A stretch of DNA of 64,000 nucleotides from Octopus sinensis. Taxonomy: Eukaryota. Within the stretch, counting starts at the first letter, position 1, and the number at the start of each line of letters is the position of its first letter. The notes beneath the pieces were generated by a model. It was not told where the DNA came from. It searched no databases and saw nothing but the letters and a program-made list of their open reading frames with translations. The position numbers and the translations under genes are program-made. The DNA lies in NCBI RefSeq assembly GCF_006345805.1, contig NC_043011.1, positions 44,714,464 through 44,778,463 on the forward strand, in the 5' to 3' direction. Below, in pieces: positions 1-13,317 of the stretch.

Positions 1-14
1 TATATATATATATA

Positions 15-45
<31 letters not shown>

Positions 46-192
46 TACATACATACATTCATACATGTGTGTGTGTGTATGGCATTTAATCTAGGTCAGT
101 GAGGAGGAAAGAGAAAATGTCCATATTTCATATTTTGACACTTTTATCTCAGTTCAATCCAGCCATGAGTTTTTCCTCTACTTTCTGATTTA

Positions 193-730
193 TTAAAAAC
201 AACAACAGCAACAACTGCTGTTATATACATAAAATACATAAACTAACATCATCATCATCATCATCATCATCACTATCACCAACACCACCAACATCAACAT
301 CACAATCATCATGACTATCATGACCATCATCACCACCATCACCATCACCTCCACCACCATTGCCATCATCATCATGCTCATCATCACCAGCATCACCACT
401 ATTGCCATCATCATTATCATTATCTTCCTCCTCCTCATCATCATTATAATCATCCTCCTCATCATCATCATCACCACCCCTGCACCCAGCAACACTACCT
501 ACCATCACCACAACTACTGCCACCACACCACCACCACCACCGCCATCAATATCTTCAAGATTATCAACAACAAAGTACCATACAAGATAAATATTTATCT
601 ATATATACTTATCTCCAAACTTTATCCAGGGGTCCAGTGTTCCACCACCATCATCACTACCATCATCCCTGTAACTATATCTGAGTAACCATCACCACCA
701 CCATCACCACTACTATCACTGCCACCAACA
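193..730. repeat. (CAT)n/(CAC)n low-complexity trinucleotide tract
   Basis: Degenerate CATCAT/CACCAC runs; the overlapping ORFs are homopolymer-like translations. Confidence 0.9.
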
Positions 731-966
731 TAGCTACACTGCCCACTGGGCCCACTCCTATATTTATAAGTGAATGTTGATTTTTCTATCTTTGTTCAAC
801 TTCTAGCTACGTCCCCACCTAATAATAAAGACCCCCCCTCGTTCCCATAACCATGGTTCACACTTGAACCCCACTCCACTTTATCTCTATGACATCTGCA
901 TCAGTAAAATTATATCACTGCCCAACCCCACTGCCACTACAGTGCTCTTTTGATCCATATTTATAA

Positions 967-998
<32 letters not shown>

Positions 999-1080
999 TG
1001 TATATATATATATTTATATGTATGTGAGTATATATATATGTGTGTGTGCATATATATACATATCTCTCTCTGTCTGTGTG

Positions 1081-1082
1081 TA

Positions 1083-1137
<55 letters not shown>

Positions 1138-1230
1138 TTATCTATCTATCTATCTACGTACCTATTTATCTATCTATCTATTTATCTATCTATCTACGTA
1201 CCTATCTATCTATCTATCTATCTATTTACG
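1081..1230. repeat. (TATC)n microsatellite
   Basis: Direct reading of tandem tetranucleotide. Confidence 0.95.
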
Positions 1231-1630
1231 TACTTATCTGTATATATGTATTTAAAAGTTTTTGCCAAAAATATACTTGAGTCACAATATTTTCTTAAAA
1301 ATTATCAACTATTCTAAAAAAATCTTAGAAAAACAGAACATGAATCTTTTGGGATGAAGTTTTTGAATTTTGTGTGTAAGGGCTTTCATTGTTTAGTTTC
1401 ACAAACATGCATAATGGGGCAAGATGTATAGAGGACATTCATGGATATATGAGTGTGTGTATATTTTACACACACACACACACACACACACGTATGTATG
1501 TATGTATGTATGTATGTATATATATATATATATATGTTGTGTGTGTGTGTGTGTGTGTGTGTGTTTGTGTATATATATATGTGTGTGTGTATATATATAT
1601 GTATGTCTGTGTGTGTATATATATGTATAC

Positions 1631-1674
<44 letters not shown>

Positions 1675-1848
1675 AACCAGCTTAGGGAAGAAAAAGAAAC
1701 GAAACTAAACAAATCGAATTGAATCGACGCGAGGGCGCTCAGTCATACAATAGTGTAATAAATAAAATATATGCATACATACAAACATATATGTACGTAC
1801 CTACATCTACATGTATATATACATGCATATATAAATATATATACGTGT

Positions 1849-2002
1849 GTACAGGACACCACAAATAGACGTAGAACTCAACGAGAAACGAAAAAGTAAA
1901 AACAGCATGGAACGGACCATTTTTTTAACAACGAAAAAACAGAGTACAAGACAACTACACAAGGAAAAATCCCCTTCATCAGCTGTCCCTAGTTCAACTC
2001 CA
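1849..2002. repeat. Dispersed repeat fragment (also at 60798-60920; related element at 34066-34440), possibly derived from a Penelope-like element
   Basis: Shared sequence GTACAGGACACC...GAGAAACGAAAA...CATTTTTTTAA(A)CAAC...GAGTACARGACAA...ACACAAGGAAA; flanked by TA microsatellites. Confidence 0.55.
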
Positions 2003-2223
2003 ATATATATATATATATAAATCTTTATATAACAGGTCATCATTAAGAATGAAATGTCCGATTTTCTGATGCATAAAGTTTGACAGTCGTTAACTCTAAT
2101 GTTTTATCCTGACAGTTCTTTGTTTCACATCATTGAAGAGTTACATCATCACTTTTCAAAATGCAATTCATGGTGTCTGATTATATTGTGAGTTTTCTCT
2201 TGAAATTCATTTCTTGCAACCCT

Positions 2224-3234
2224 ACGGATAGATCAAAAATTCATGTTGCTTATGAAAATGAGTTCCATCATGGATCCAGTGCATCCCAGACAGCTCAAAA
2301 CATCATTTAGGTGTTTGGTGAAGGTGTGGTGAATGAGTGCACTGTATGTCAGTGGTTTGAGAAGATCCGGTTTGGTGACTTTACTCTTGGAAATCAGCTC
2401 TGTGGTATTCCCGAGACTATGGTGGATAATGATGAGCTAGAAACTGTAGTGAAAGCAGATACATCTCAAACTATGCATGAGTTAGCAGCCAGGTTTGATG
2501 TTACGATTCCAACTGTATTGGACCATCTGGAACAAATCGGCAATGTGAAGTAGTTGGACGAGTGGGTACCACATGAATTGAACAAGCATCAAATAACATG
2601 TCATCTTAAAACTTGTTGTTCTTTGCTGTCATGGCATAAAAGTGAACCATTTTTGCATTGTATTGTTATGTGCGATGAAAAATAGATTCTTTTCATCAAT
2701 AGCAAGCGTTCTGAATGGTGACTGGTTAGAGATGAAATGCCAAAACACAATCCAAAAAAGAATATTCACCAAAAAGAGCTAATGGTGTCTGTTTGGTAGT
2801 CCAGCACTGATACTATCCACAGCAGCTTCATGAGGCTTGGTAAGTCAATTACAGCAGATGTATACAACAACCAATTGAATGAAATGATGAGTGAACTTGC
2901 AATTAAACAACTGAGATTGGTCGATAGAAACAGGTCAATTCTTTTGCAAGACAATGCCCGACCACATGTTGCAGAAAGAATGCTACTCAAGTTACAAGAA
3001 CTGAACTTGGAAGTACTCTGTCATTTACCATATTCACCAGACCTTGCACCAACTGACTATCATGTTTTCCAGGCATTAGACAACTTTTTGCCAAGAAAAC
3101 ACTTCAATTCTGAAGGAGATGCAAAAACAGCCTTTCGTGATTTCATCACCTCTTGCTCTCCAGAATTCTTTGCTGCTGGCATAAATAGCCTACTGATAAA
3201 ATGGCAAAATTGTGTTGATAATTTAGGTGTATGA
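2224..3234 (+). pseudogene. Mariner (DD34D) transposase pseudogene within an element starting near 2031
   Basis: Motifs VFGEGVVNECTV..WFEK, WVPHEL, CDEK, QDNARPH, YSPDLAPTDYH. Several in-frame stops and an ACG where the start ATG would be. Confidence 0.93.
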
Positions 3235-3235
3235 C

Positions 3236-3537
3236 CATGGAATTGCACCTAGAAAGTTATCCTCCAAGGCATAAGTCCTGGATAGGTTGTTTATGGAAGA
3301 CCAACAGCTGCCCATGCATATCAGCCTCCCCTCTCTATGCCACCGATGTTATCCAAGGCAAGAGCAAAGGCTGATACAGTTTGGTACCAGTGATGCCACA
3401 ACTCATTTCTACAACTGAGTGAACTGGAACAACATTAAATGAAATGTCTTGCTCAAGAACACAATACACAGCCCAGTCTAGGAATTGAACTCACTACCTC
3501 ATAATTGTGAGCCTGATACTCAAACCACTGAGCCATA
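3236..3537 (-). mobile_element. tRNA-derived SINE (family C in this report)
   Basis: Minus strand has an A box (TGGCTCAGTGG) and B box (GAGTTCAATTC), followed by the body shared with 31041, 39705 and 48789. Confidence 0.8.
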
Positions 3538-4019
3538 TAAAATTTAAGTATTATTATATGTAATAATTGAATTATATCTTATAGCACTTTGTATGTTGTT
3601 ATGTGCATTGTACCGAGGTCTGTGAAAAAATTGTTTTATAAGAAACAAATCCATGGGGCAAGAAACGGTTGAAGGCTTAATTTTCATGGTTTTGCAGCAT
3701 GTACAGTATTAGTTCAGAAGCATTACCCTTTCTTGAAACTGACCAGCTTTTATTTTATGATGTCTAGATTTTATTATCCAGATCCATGGCACTGGTATAT
3801 GTGGGTCTATTTCTCTTCATTCACTTGATATCTAATTATGTAGAGAAAGCATTCTCTAAGATCTGGCACCAATTAACTAATGGCCAAAGTGCCACACACA
3901 CTCACCCCACTTCTCATGATATCAAACTGACCGGAACTTATCACTTGAATTAAAGTAGTTGGTCAGATTTTTTTGTAGAGTTTAATGTAAGCACAGAATT
4001 ATCTGGAAGTAATAGTACA

Positions 4020-4470
4020 GTACCACCACCACCATTAACACCACCATTACCACCATCATTATCACCATCACCACCATCACCACAGCCACTATACTGACCA
4101 TCACTGTCACGACGATGACCACCATTACCACTCTACTATCCTGACTGTCACAACCAGCATAACCACCACCACTACCATCAACACCACCATCATCGCCACC
4201 CTTCTATTCCAGTAATCACCCTACCATGACCATTAGCATTACCACAACAAACAACACCACCACAAAACAACCACCTCTACTACAAACAATATACTGGCCA
4301 CAACCACACCACCACTAGCAAAACTATCACAGCCATTACAATCGCCATCACTAATAACAGCATCATAAAATCCCCCATCACCACTACAACTTCCAGTCCT
4401 TCACTGACTGCCACCACCACCACCACTGCCGCCGCCACCGCCATTGCCAACACCACTACCACCACCATCA
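4020..4470. repeat. (CAC/CAT)n low-complexity tract
   Basis: Degenerate trinucleotide repeats. Confidence 0.85.
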
Positions 4471-5479
4471 GTAGAATGATTGCCAGTCATGATCACTCAG
4501 GTTACTAGAAATAACAGCCAAATTGTCCTCAAACAACACCTTAATACGTTTTTGAAAGAAGGACACATTAGACAATGTAGTTTCTGACCTGCAATGGTTG
4601 AAAGTAAAATAGTATGGTCACGGCTGGATTGCCTTTGATCATAGATCAGTACTCTATTAGACTGGCCTAGGGCTAAACAACAACAACCACTGTTATTATT
4701 AACAATAGCAACAACTACTACAATACCAACAATAACTCATTAAATACCAATTCACGATTGCACTTGAAACACTTGACTACAGCTAGGTACACCATACATA
4801 TATACATACATGCACACTTATATATGTGTATATCTATGTATGTAGATATACATATGTATATATGTTTATCAATATATGTGAATGAATGTATGTGTGCTTG
4901 TGTGTGTATGTATGTATATGTGTGTGTGTGTGTATCTGTGTGCATATGCATGTGTGTGTAGTTTATAACATATCTCATATTCCACAGAAAGCAACAAATC
5001 TTCTGAGAAACACTTAAAGAAACAGTTATTTCTCCAAGACCAAACAGCAGCAGCAGCAACAACAACAGCAGCACCAGCGCCAGCTGTGGTAACAGTAGCA
5101 GTGAATACTAAACGGTTCACCAAAGAGCTGGAAGAAAGACAGAACCACAGAACCACATTGTTGTAAAAGCCAAATCTTAGATATTGTTAACTGAGGCGAT
5201 TTAACTGGCGCTAAAGTGATTGTTAACCATCTCTTGACATAGAATAAAGACTGTGTCTGTAGAATCTTGGACTACCATTCCTAAGAACAAACAGCTTGTA
5301 CAGTAAATATCACAAGTAATTCTTCATTTTCAGATGCTAAAATCTTCTCAAGAAGATGGAATTTTTAAGTGCTGGCTCCAGCAAAACTTGTAGACTTTTC
5401 TGCAAATCAAAGAAAGATTTGTGCCAACAGGAATTATTGGAGATGTTTTATGTGAGGAGGTTGAAATTGCAATGATATA

Positions 5480-5750
5480 AAAGAGAGGAAGTGAAGAAGG
5501 AAGAGAGAAAGAGAAAGAAATAAGAGAGAGAGGAACTAAGAAAGAAATAAAGAAAAAGAGAAATATGGGAGGGAGAGAGAAAAGAACTAAGAAAGAAAGA
5601 AAGGAAGGAAGATGAAAAGATGAAGAAAAAGAAGGAATAAAAGGAATTAAGACAAAGAAAGAAAGGAAAACTATTGAATGAAGGAAGAAAGGAAAGAAGA
5701 AAGGGAGGAAGAAAATAAGAAAGAAAGAAAGAACTATTGAATGAAGGTAC
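5480..5750. repeat. GA-rich polypurine tract
   Basis: Almost exclusively G/A on the + strand. Confidence 0.85.
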
Positions 5751-8175
5751 AGACATGGTTTTGTGGTCAAGAAATCCACTTTACAGCCATGTGCTTCTCA
5801 GTTCAATTCCACAGGTGGGAACTAATTTATGATTTAATTTATGAAATAATTTAGTAGATGGAAACTGTGTAGAAGCCTGTGATATATGTGTGTGTGTACG
5901 TGAGTGTGCACATTTGTTGTATGTGTGTGTGTGTTTGTAATTTTGTCTTCCATCCTATTGTTTGCCACCTGGTGCTGGTATGCTTACATCCCCCTAACTT
6001 AGAAGTTCAGCAAAAAGTGCACCAGCATGGCCATAGTCCAATGACTGAAACAAGTCAAAACATAGAAGAAAGAATGTAATTTGTATTATTTCATAGTCAG
6101 AAATTTATTTGACATGAAGAGACGCAGGGGTGTGGGTGAGGCAAGAGAGAATATATTCCATGACATAGAGACATACGCACTCAGCACACACACACTAACA
6201 CACGCATGCACACACACACACACACAAATGGCATTATGTATGAGTTATTCATCACCATTTTCCTGTCACCTTGTGGTTAGTTTACGTGGTGGTGATAACA
6301 TTGATTGTGTGTGTGTGTGTGTATCAGTAAATAATTCAAATTTCTAGTTTGCCAACAAAGAGGAAAAAAGTACTCAATACTTGTGGCTGAGTAAATTATC
6401 CATTTAGACAAAATTTTTTTCTCATGATTCAAATTTTCCACCATAGTAATCTTCAGATAGTAACTGCTCACACCACTATACATAAAGTGAGCATGAATGG
6501 AAAGTAAAACAGTTCTGGTTTGAAGATTCCAGCAGCATGAAACTTGTGTAGCAAGAAAAAGAATTCACTTTAAATGCACACACACACACAAACACACACA
6601 ATTACATTTATACATATGTACACACGTGTGTGTGAGATTGTTTATTTGTTTGTTATTGCAAAGATGAACAGGTTTTCACACAAATAAATTTATATTATAA
6701 AACAAAAGGAAAATTCTTTGAGAATTTTATCATGGATACAAGAAAGAAGGTATTTAAATTCTTTTATCGAAATATGCCAGCAGTTTCAGTCGCTTAAAAA
6801 ACAACTTAGTCGTGCTGAAATATAAGGGAAAATAAGTTAAAACAAGAGCACTCGGAGAGCGCAAACCTCTGCCAAGGCAAGACCAACGTCCTCTCAACGA
6901 TTAGCCAGAGATGATTTTTAAAATGAGAATATCTGAAATAAACTCGACTGCTCTCACAAACAAGAATACTAAAAATGAACCTGACTGCTCTCAAAAATAA
7001 GTATATATGTATGTAAAGTGTCTTGCTGAAGGACACAACACATCACCGAGAAGTGAGCTCATGACCTTACAATCGTGAGTTGGATGACGTAACCACTAAG
7101 CCACACACCTTCACTATATATATATGTGTGTGTGTGTATATATATACAGGCATACATATATACATACATGCATGCATACATACATACATACATGCATATG
7201 TATATACACACAATTAAAAGAGCCACCAAGTTAAAACACAACAAGCAAGATATTGTTGTGTGAGACCAAAAGGAAAATATATGTTCTGCTTGTGGCAATC
7301 AGCAACTCTCTGGACACGAATGTGGTTAGAAAAATACAAGAGAAGCAGGACATCTAAGGAGCATTGATAAGGAGTTTGCAAATCCAGTACCCAAGATACA
7401 CTTTTAGCTTCATACCTGTAATTAAAGGTATCAAAGTTTGGCACAAGGTCAGCAATTTTGGGAAAGGATGTAAGTTGATTAAACTGACCCCAGTGCTCAA
7501 CTGGTACTTGTTTTATTAACCCTGAAAGAATGAAAGCAAAATTGACCTCAGCAGGATTTGAACTCAGTACATGAAGATGGACAAAATGCCCCAAAGCCTT
7601 TTGTCTGGCACGGTAACAACTCTGCTAGCTAACCACCACCTTCTTACCTGTTATTATTGGAGCAACATGATACATACCAACCCATCTGGAGCAAAGTAGG
7701 GCTGAACTTGGGTTCTTGGGAAGGGAATTAAACTCCTTTATTCATACACTACAAATGATCACCATATCTGGGGCTAAAAAAATCTGCAAGATTTTTTACA
7801 CACACACACACACATACACATGTGCGCACACACACACACATACACACATATATGTGTAAAACAAACATACCCCTAGGCAGAGAAACAGAGGGGCAAGCAA
7901 GCACATTTCAGACCATAGGCAAGATAGTTATTTTGGAAGAGACTAATGTACCTGGTAACCTCTCGTCAACCCCCTACTCTCACCTGTCTTACAGCTTTCT
8001 TCTGCCACCCCACCATTAATTTCCTCCAATCACCCTCTCCTTATCCTACATCCCTCTCCCACCCTTGTACATCTTCACCTTGCTCTCATGTCAAAGGTCA
8101 GTTGAAACATCTGTTTATTCAGTAATCTTACATGAACCACCTCCCAACACAGCTCCTCCCTCACTTTCATCCTTC

Positions 8176-8209
<34 letters not shown>

Positions 8210-9355
8210 CTCTGTCTGTCTGTCTGTCTCTCTTTTTCTCGCTGTATCTCTCTGTCCTCCCCACCCCTCCTTGTCTATTCTATTCTCCCTCTGTCCTCCA
8301 TGGGTTGTCATCACGCCTGGTTGCACTCTAATGTACATACAAGGAACAGGTGCACTTTACGTTGATGGGTGGCGGTGGTGGTGGTGGTGGTGGTGGTGGT
8401 GTGATAGTGGTAGTGGTGGTGATACTGGAGATGATAGTAATTTGGTGGTGTTGATGGTGGTGGTAATTGCAAAGCTGTTGGTGATGATGGTTATAGTTGT
8501 GATGATGGTGGTGGTAGTGGTGGTGGTGGTGGTGGTAGTGGTGGTGGTGGTGCTGGTGCATATATTAAGTTGCATTATTTATGGAGACTAATAATGGAGA
8601 AAATCAGTGCATGTGTGTCTATACATATGTGTTTGTATGAATGTGTGTGTGTGCATTCACCGTTACATTAATTAAATTGCATTGTCAGCATATGTAACAT
8701 TATGCAAAACAGAAAAAACCAGTTTAGATGAGTGTTAGTCCCCTCTCCCTCTCTCTCACCATATGTGTATGTGTGTGTATGTACAATATGCACACACATG
8801 CACACACATACACACAACTAACAGCTATATTTGTTTCTTTATGGCTGTTCTTTCTCTGATGAACCAGAAAGAAGACCAGAAACTAGTCAAATCAATCCTA
8901 CATTTTTTTGTCTACAGAGAATAATTGACATTACAGACACTGAATAGAATCCCTACCTACATCTTTTCTAGTATATTGACTGTCCTGATGGCAGTAAAGT
9001 TCTGCTGTCTATTTTCCTCACAAAAACATTTGCCTTTGCTAAATTTACTTTAAGACCTTGTGAATCTCTGCTCTGTTGCTATATATGGAACTTTTCATAT
9101 AATCTTTGGATTAGCTTAGTTACGAGAACCCATCACCATCTTAAAATTCCTACATTCACCTCGCCTTGCTCCATCTCTATCCTACTAGGAAGTCTTCAGC
9201 AAGCAGGATCTTTGAAAGATATCCAACAGGAAAAGTGCTAGGTTTACAAAGAATAAGTCCTGGGGTTGATTTCTTCAACTAAAACCTCTTGAGGCAATGC
9301 TCCAGCACAATCAAATGTTTGAAACAAGTAAAAGAATATATATATATATATATAT

Positions 9356-10220
9356 ATGGATGAAGATAGGTGTGTGAGAAAGTGCCAATCCCTAGCAGTT
9401 GAGGGAACCCGTGGAAGAGGTAGACCCAGGAAAACCTGGGACGAGGTGGTGAAGCACGACCTTCGCACGTTAGGTCTCACCATGGAAATGACTAGAGACC
9501 AAGACCTATGGAAGTACGCTGTGTGTGAGAAGACCCGGCAAGACTAGTGAAGCCATAACCCATGGCCCCTACCTGGGACGTAGTCAGTCCACCTGTGCAT
9601 ACCTTCCTGCTTGTGATACTTGTGAAGACCTGTTGAGGCAAGTGAAAGTCAAATCGAATCAAATCAAAATAGATGAACATCAATGGAATTTGTATCCTTG
9701 TGGTACCAGTGCTGGTGGCACATAAGAAAACCATCCGAACGGGACCGTAGCCAGTACCGCATTGACTGGCCTCCGTGCTGTGGGCACGTAACAAACACCA
9801 TCCGATCGTAGCCATTCGTCAGCCTCGTCTGGCACCTGTGTCGGTGGCACATAAGAAAACACCGAAAACACCATCCGAGCGTGGCCGTCTGCCAGCCTCG
9901 TCTGGCACCTGTGTCGGTGGCACATAAAAAACACCATCCGAGCGTGGCCGTCTGCCAGCCTCGTCTGGCACCTGTGTCGGTGGCACATTAAAAACACCAT
10001 CCGAGTGTGACCGTCTGCCAGCCTCGTCTGGCACCTGTGTCGGTGGCACATAAAATCACCCACTACACTCTCAGAGTGGTTGACGTTAGGAAGGGCATCC
10101 AGCTGTAGAAACACTGCCAGATCTGACTGGCCTGGTGCAGCCTTCGGGCTTGCCAGACCCCAGTTGAACCGTCCAACCCATGCTAGCATGGAAAGCGGAC
10201 GTTAAACGATGATGATGATG
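9356..10220 (+). mobile_element. 5'-truncated RTE-type LINE: ORF2 C-terminus plus 3' UTR with ~63-bp tandem repeats and a (GAT)n tail
   Basis: Peptide VEGTRGRGRPRKTWDEVVKHDL...DQDLWKYAV is typical of RTE ORF2 C-termini; ends CCCATGCTAGCATGGAAAGCGGACGTTAAAC(GAT)n. Confidence 0.85.
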
Positions 10221-10251
<31 letters not shown>

Positions 10252-10255
<4 letters not shown>

Positions 10256-10680
10256 CACCATTCGAGTGTAATCGTTACCAGCATCACCTTACTGGCACTC
10301 AAGCCCCGGTATTAAGACCACCATCCGAGCATGATCGTTGCCAGAGCGGCTATCTGGCCTCTGTGCTGGTGGCACGTAAAAGACACCATTCGAGCGTGAT
10401 TGTTACTAGCATTGCCTTACTGGCACCTGTGCCGGTGGCATGTGTAAAAGATTCGAGCGTGGTCATTGCCAGTACCGCCTGACTGACTCCGTGCCAGTGG
10501 CACATAAAAGCACCCACTACACTCTCGGAGTGGTTCACGTTAGGAAGGGCATCCACCTGTAGAAACTCTACCAGATCAAGATTGAATGAAGCCTGGTGCA
10601 GCCATCTGGTTCGCCAGCCCTGTCAAATCGTCCAACCCATGCTAGCATGGAAAGCGGACGTTAAACGACGATGATGATGA
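10252..10680 (+). mobile_element. Second, diverged copy of the same RTE-type 3' UTR and tail
   Basis: Same GGTGGCAC-AAAA-CACC units, AGGAAGGGCATCCA block and identical terminal sequence plus (GAT)n; shorter copies at ~13060-13200 and ~20835-20995. Confidence 0.85.
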
Positions 10681-10686
10681 TATATA

Positions 10687-11118
10687 TGAGGGGGATGCTG
10701 AAAAGTTCCTGCCTATGGGTAAAAGAAATTACAGGAGGATCAGTTAATTTTGATTTAACCCTTTAGTGTTCAGATTATTCTATCAAACATAATGCCTTTT
10801 GATTCCCATTGATTTGAATTAATCATGCATTATCTCATATCTTCAAGATCTTGATGGTGTAATTACCTAATGTAGAATAACATTGTAGGGTAGGTGTGAG
10901 AGCCTGGATCTGATCAGTTTGAACATAAAACAGATTAACTATTTTGGCCGGATATGGCCGGTTTAAATACTAAAGGGTTAATGCAACATATCTCCCTTAC
11001 AGATTCACACTTCAGTGCTTCAGTTTATCTAAGCTTTGCAAAATCACTCTGAATGTTGGGCCTCCAACCACACCTCTCGCAATACCCATAAAACCAGGAA
11101 CTTTTCAGCACCCACTTA
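10687..11118. mobile_element. Mariner-like MITE (outer element of a nested pair)
   Basis: TIRs TGAGGGGGATGCTGAAAAGTTCCTG / CAGGAACTTTTCAGCACCCACTTA in a TA context. Confidence 0.75.
10759..10977. mobile_element. piggyBac-like MITE nested in the mariner MITE
   Basis: TTAA|CCCTTTAG...CTAAAGGG|TTAA: terminal inverted repeats with TTAA duplication at 10755-10758 and 10978-10981. Confidence 0.88.
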
Positions 11119-11619
11119 TGTACGTGTACACACACATACACACAATGGTATTGCAATTATAGCTTCATTATGATTGTCTCAACCATGCATGGTTCAGATA
11201 CATCATAAATGCAAATAACGATTATGTGATCTTACAACATATTATATGTGATCCATGTTCGTCTCATTAGACAAAGATCAAAAAGGCAATACAAATGACA
11301 CTTGGAAAATTATGATATATAGTTGTTTAGACCACGTGTTTATTGAAACCATTGTAATGGAGTACATAAATGTAATGCCATAATTTCCATTCTTGGACTT
11401 ATTGTATTAAGGTCTGTGATCAATAAATTATCCTTGGAATTTCAGTTTGTATGGAATGGTTTCCTTCAGTGAGAACTCTCCGTTTCTGTGTATTATGCTT
11501 GGCAGTATTAGCAGGAGAGCTGACTGAGGAAATCACTCAAATTTCTAAGTCCATTTTAATCCATTTTAATCTGATATATATGTAAAGTATATATGTAAGT
11601 ATATATAAAGATATAGTTA

Positions 11620-11631
11620 CAGAGATAGATG

Positions 11632-11693
<62 letters not shown>

Positions 11694-11715
11694 CAGATAG
11701 ATAGCTAGATAGATA
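11620..11715. repeat. (GATA)n microsatellite
   Basis: Direct reading. Confidence 0.95.
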
Positions 11716-11838
11716 CATACATACACATATATAGACATATACACACATGCAGACATATATAAGTAAATATATATATAATTAAACATGTATGTATACACAC
11801 AACTCCACACACAGAGGCATGCAGATATACACACACAA

Positions 11839-12072
11839 GGCGTAGGTGAGCTGGCAGAATCATAAGCACACCGGGCGAAATGCGTAGCCGTATTTAGTCT
11901 GCCGTTACGTTCTGAGTTCAAACTCTGCCGAGGTCGACTTTGCCTTTCATCCTTTCGGGGTCGATAAATTAAGTACCAGTTACGCACTGGGGTCAATATA
12001 ATCGACTTAATACCTATGTCTGTCCATGTTTGTCCCCTCTATGTTTAGCCCCTTGTGGGTAATAAAGAAATA
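11839..12072 (+). mobile_element. tRNA-derived SINE family B (Nin-domain-like core)
   Basis: A box (AGCTGGCAGAATC), B box (GAGTTCAAACTC), core GCCGAGGTCGACTTTGCCTTTCATCCTTTCGGGGTCGATAAATTAAGTACCAG; many copies in the window. Confidence 0.85.
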
Positions 12073-12344
12073 GATATACACACACACACGCACATAAATA
12101 TATATATACACAAAGCTTCCTACACATGTATACATACACTTACATTCTTAAGTATACACTTAGATATACAAGTGTCAGACAGACAGGGCAGAATAAACAA
12201 AATGAAAAATAAAAATAAAATGAAAGTAAAAGTATAATAAACATCTAGTGTATTGCTTTCTCTCTCTTCCTCCCCCTCGCTCTCTCCCTCTCTTTCTGTG
12301 TATCTACCTTATCTATATATCTAAAGGATGTGTTATAATATTAC

Positions 12345-12762
12345 TCTTTTACTCTTTTACACATATCACTCATTTGACTGGGGCCATGCTGGAGCACTGC
12401 CTTTAGTTGAAGAAACTGACCCTAGGACTTATTCTTTGTAAGCCTAGTACTTATTCTATCAGTCTCTTTTGTTAAACCACTAAGTTACAAGGTCATAAAC
12501 ACACCAGCATCGGTTGTCAAGCAATCGTGGGTGGGGTGGGGGGACAAGCAGTCACAAAAACACACACACATAAAAAGATATATAGATATATATAGATGAC
12601 AGGCTTCTTTCAGTTTCCGTCTACCAAATTCACTCACAAGGCTTTGGTTGACCCAAGGCTATAGCAGAAGACACTTGCCCAAGGTGCCATGCAGTAGGAC
12701 TGAACCCAGAACCATGTGGTTGGGAGGCTAGCTTCTTATCACACAGCTATGCTTGCACCTAT
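12345..12762 (-). mobile_element. SINE family A (tRNA head, internal microsatellite, GTAAAAGA tail)
   Basis: Matches the most abundant repeat in the window (compare 23041, 45244, 57610). Confidence 0.85.
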
Positions 12763-13317
12763 ACACAGCCATGCCTGTGTCTATACACAGCCACACCTGT
12801 GTCTATGCACAGCCATACCTACGCCTATAGATATATAAAGTCATAAATTATAGAGAAAGAGTTTGATGAAATTTTAACAATAAAAATATTCAAATATCAC
12901 AACAAATTGTTTCGTAACTTGAAACATGTAAATAATTTATATTATTATATTTAAAAATAGATAAAGTACTTGCATGTCTGTATTAATGCAAAATGCAAAA
13001 GAATCTTTCAAAATAATGCAGAAATTAAGCTACATCATCAGGTGAAAGTAAGTCAGTGTGCACACACTGTAAAGTGGCAGGCATTAGGAAAGGCATTGAG
13101 CTGTAGAAACCAAGATAAATTATGAAGCATGGTGCAGCTCTCTGGTGTGCCAGGTGTGGTTAAACCACCCATCCCATGCCAGCATCAAAAACTGACGTCA
13201 AAGACACTACCTCAAGTTCCCATGGAATGGGGCTAAATGCCAAATTACATGGTTGAGAAGTGGACTTCACAACCACATAGCTATGTCTCTTTTATACATT
13301 TGCATACATACATATTA

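Noticed and set aside
193-1722. ORFs rich in M/I/D/YLSI/CV
   Set aside because: Translations of microsatellites; the same applies to similar ORFs at 8271, 14028, 24662-25887, 32222, 35483-36684, 41396-42058, 51164-52858 and 58056-58860
5333-5460. Possible exon after a TTTTCAG acceptor
   Set aside because: Stops in all three frames and no recognisable protein; a UTR or terminal exon is not excluded
6840-7000. Possible Helentron-associated element end (AAACAAGAGCACTCGGAGAGCGC...)
   Set aside because: Single copy in the window, with no second terminus visible to confirm it
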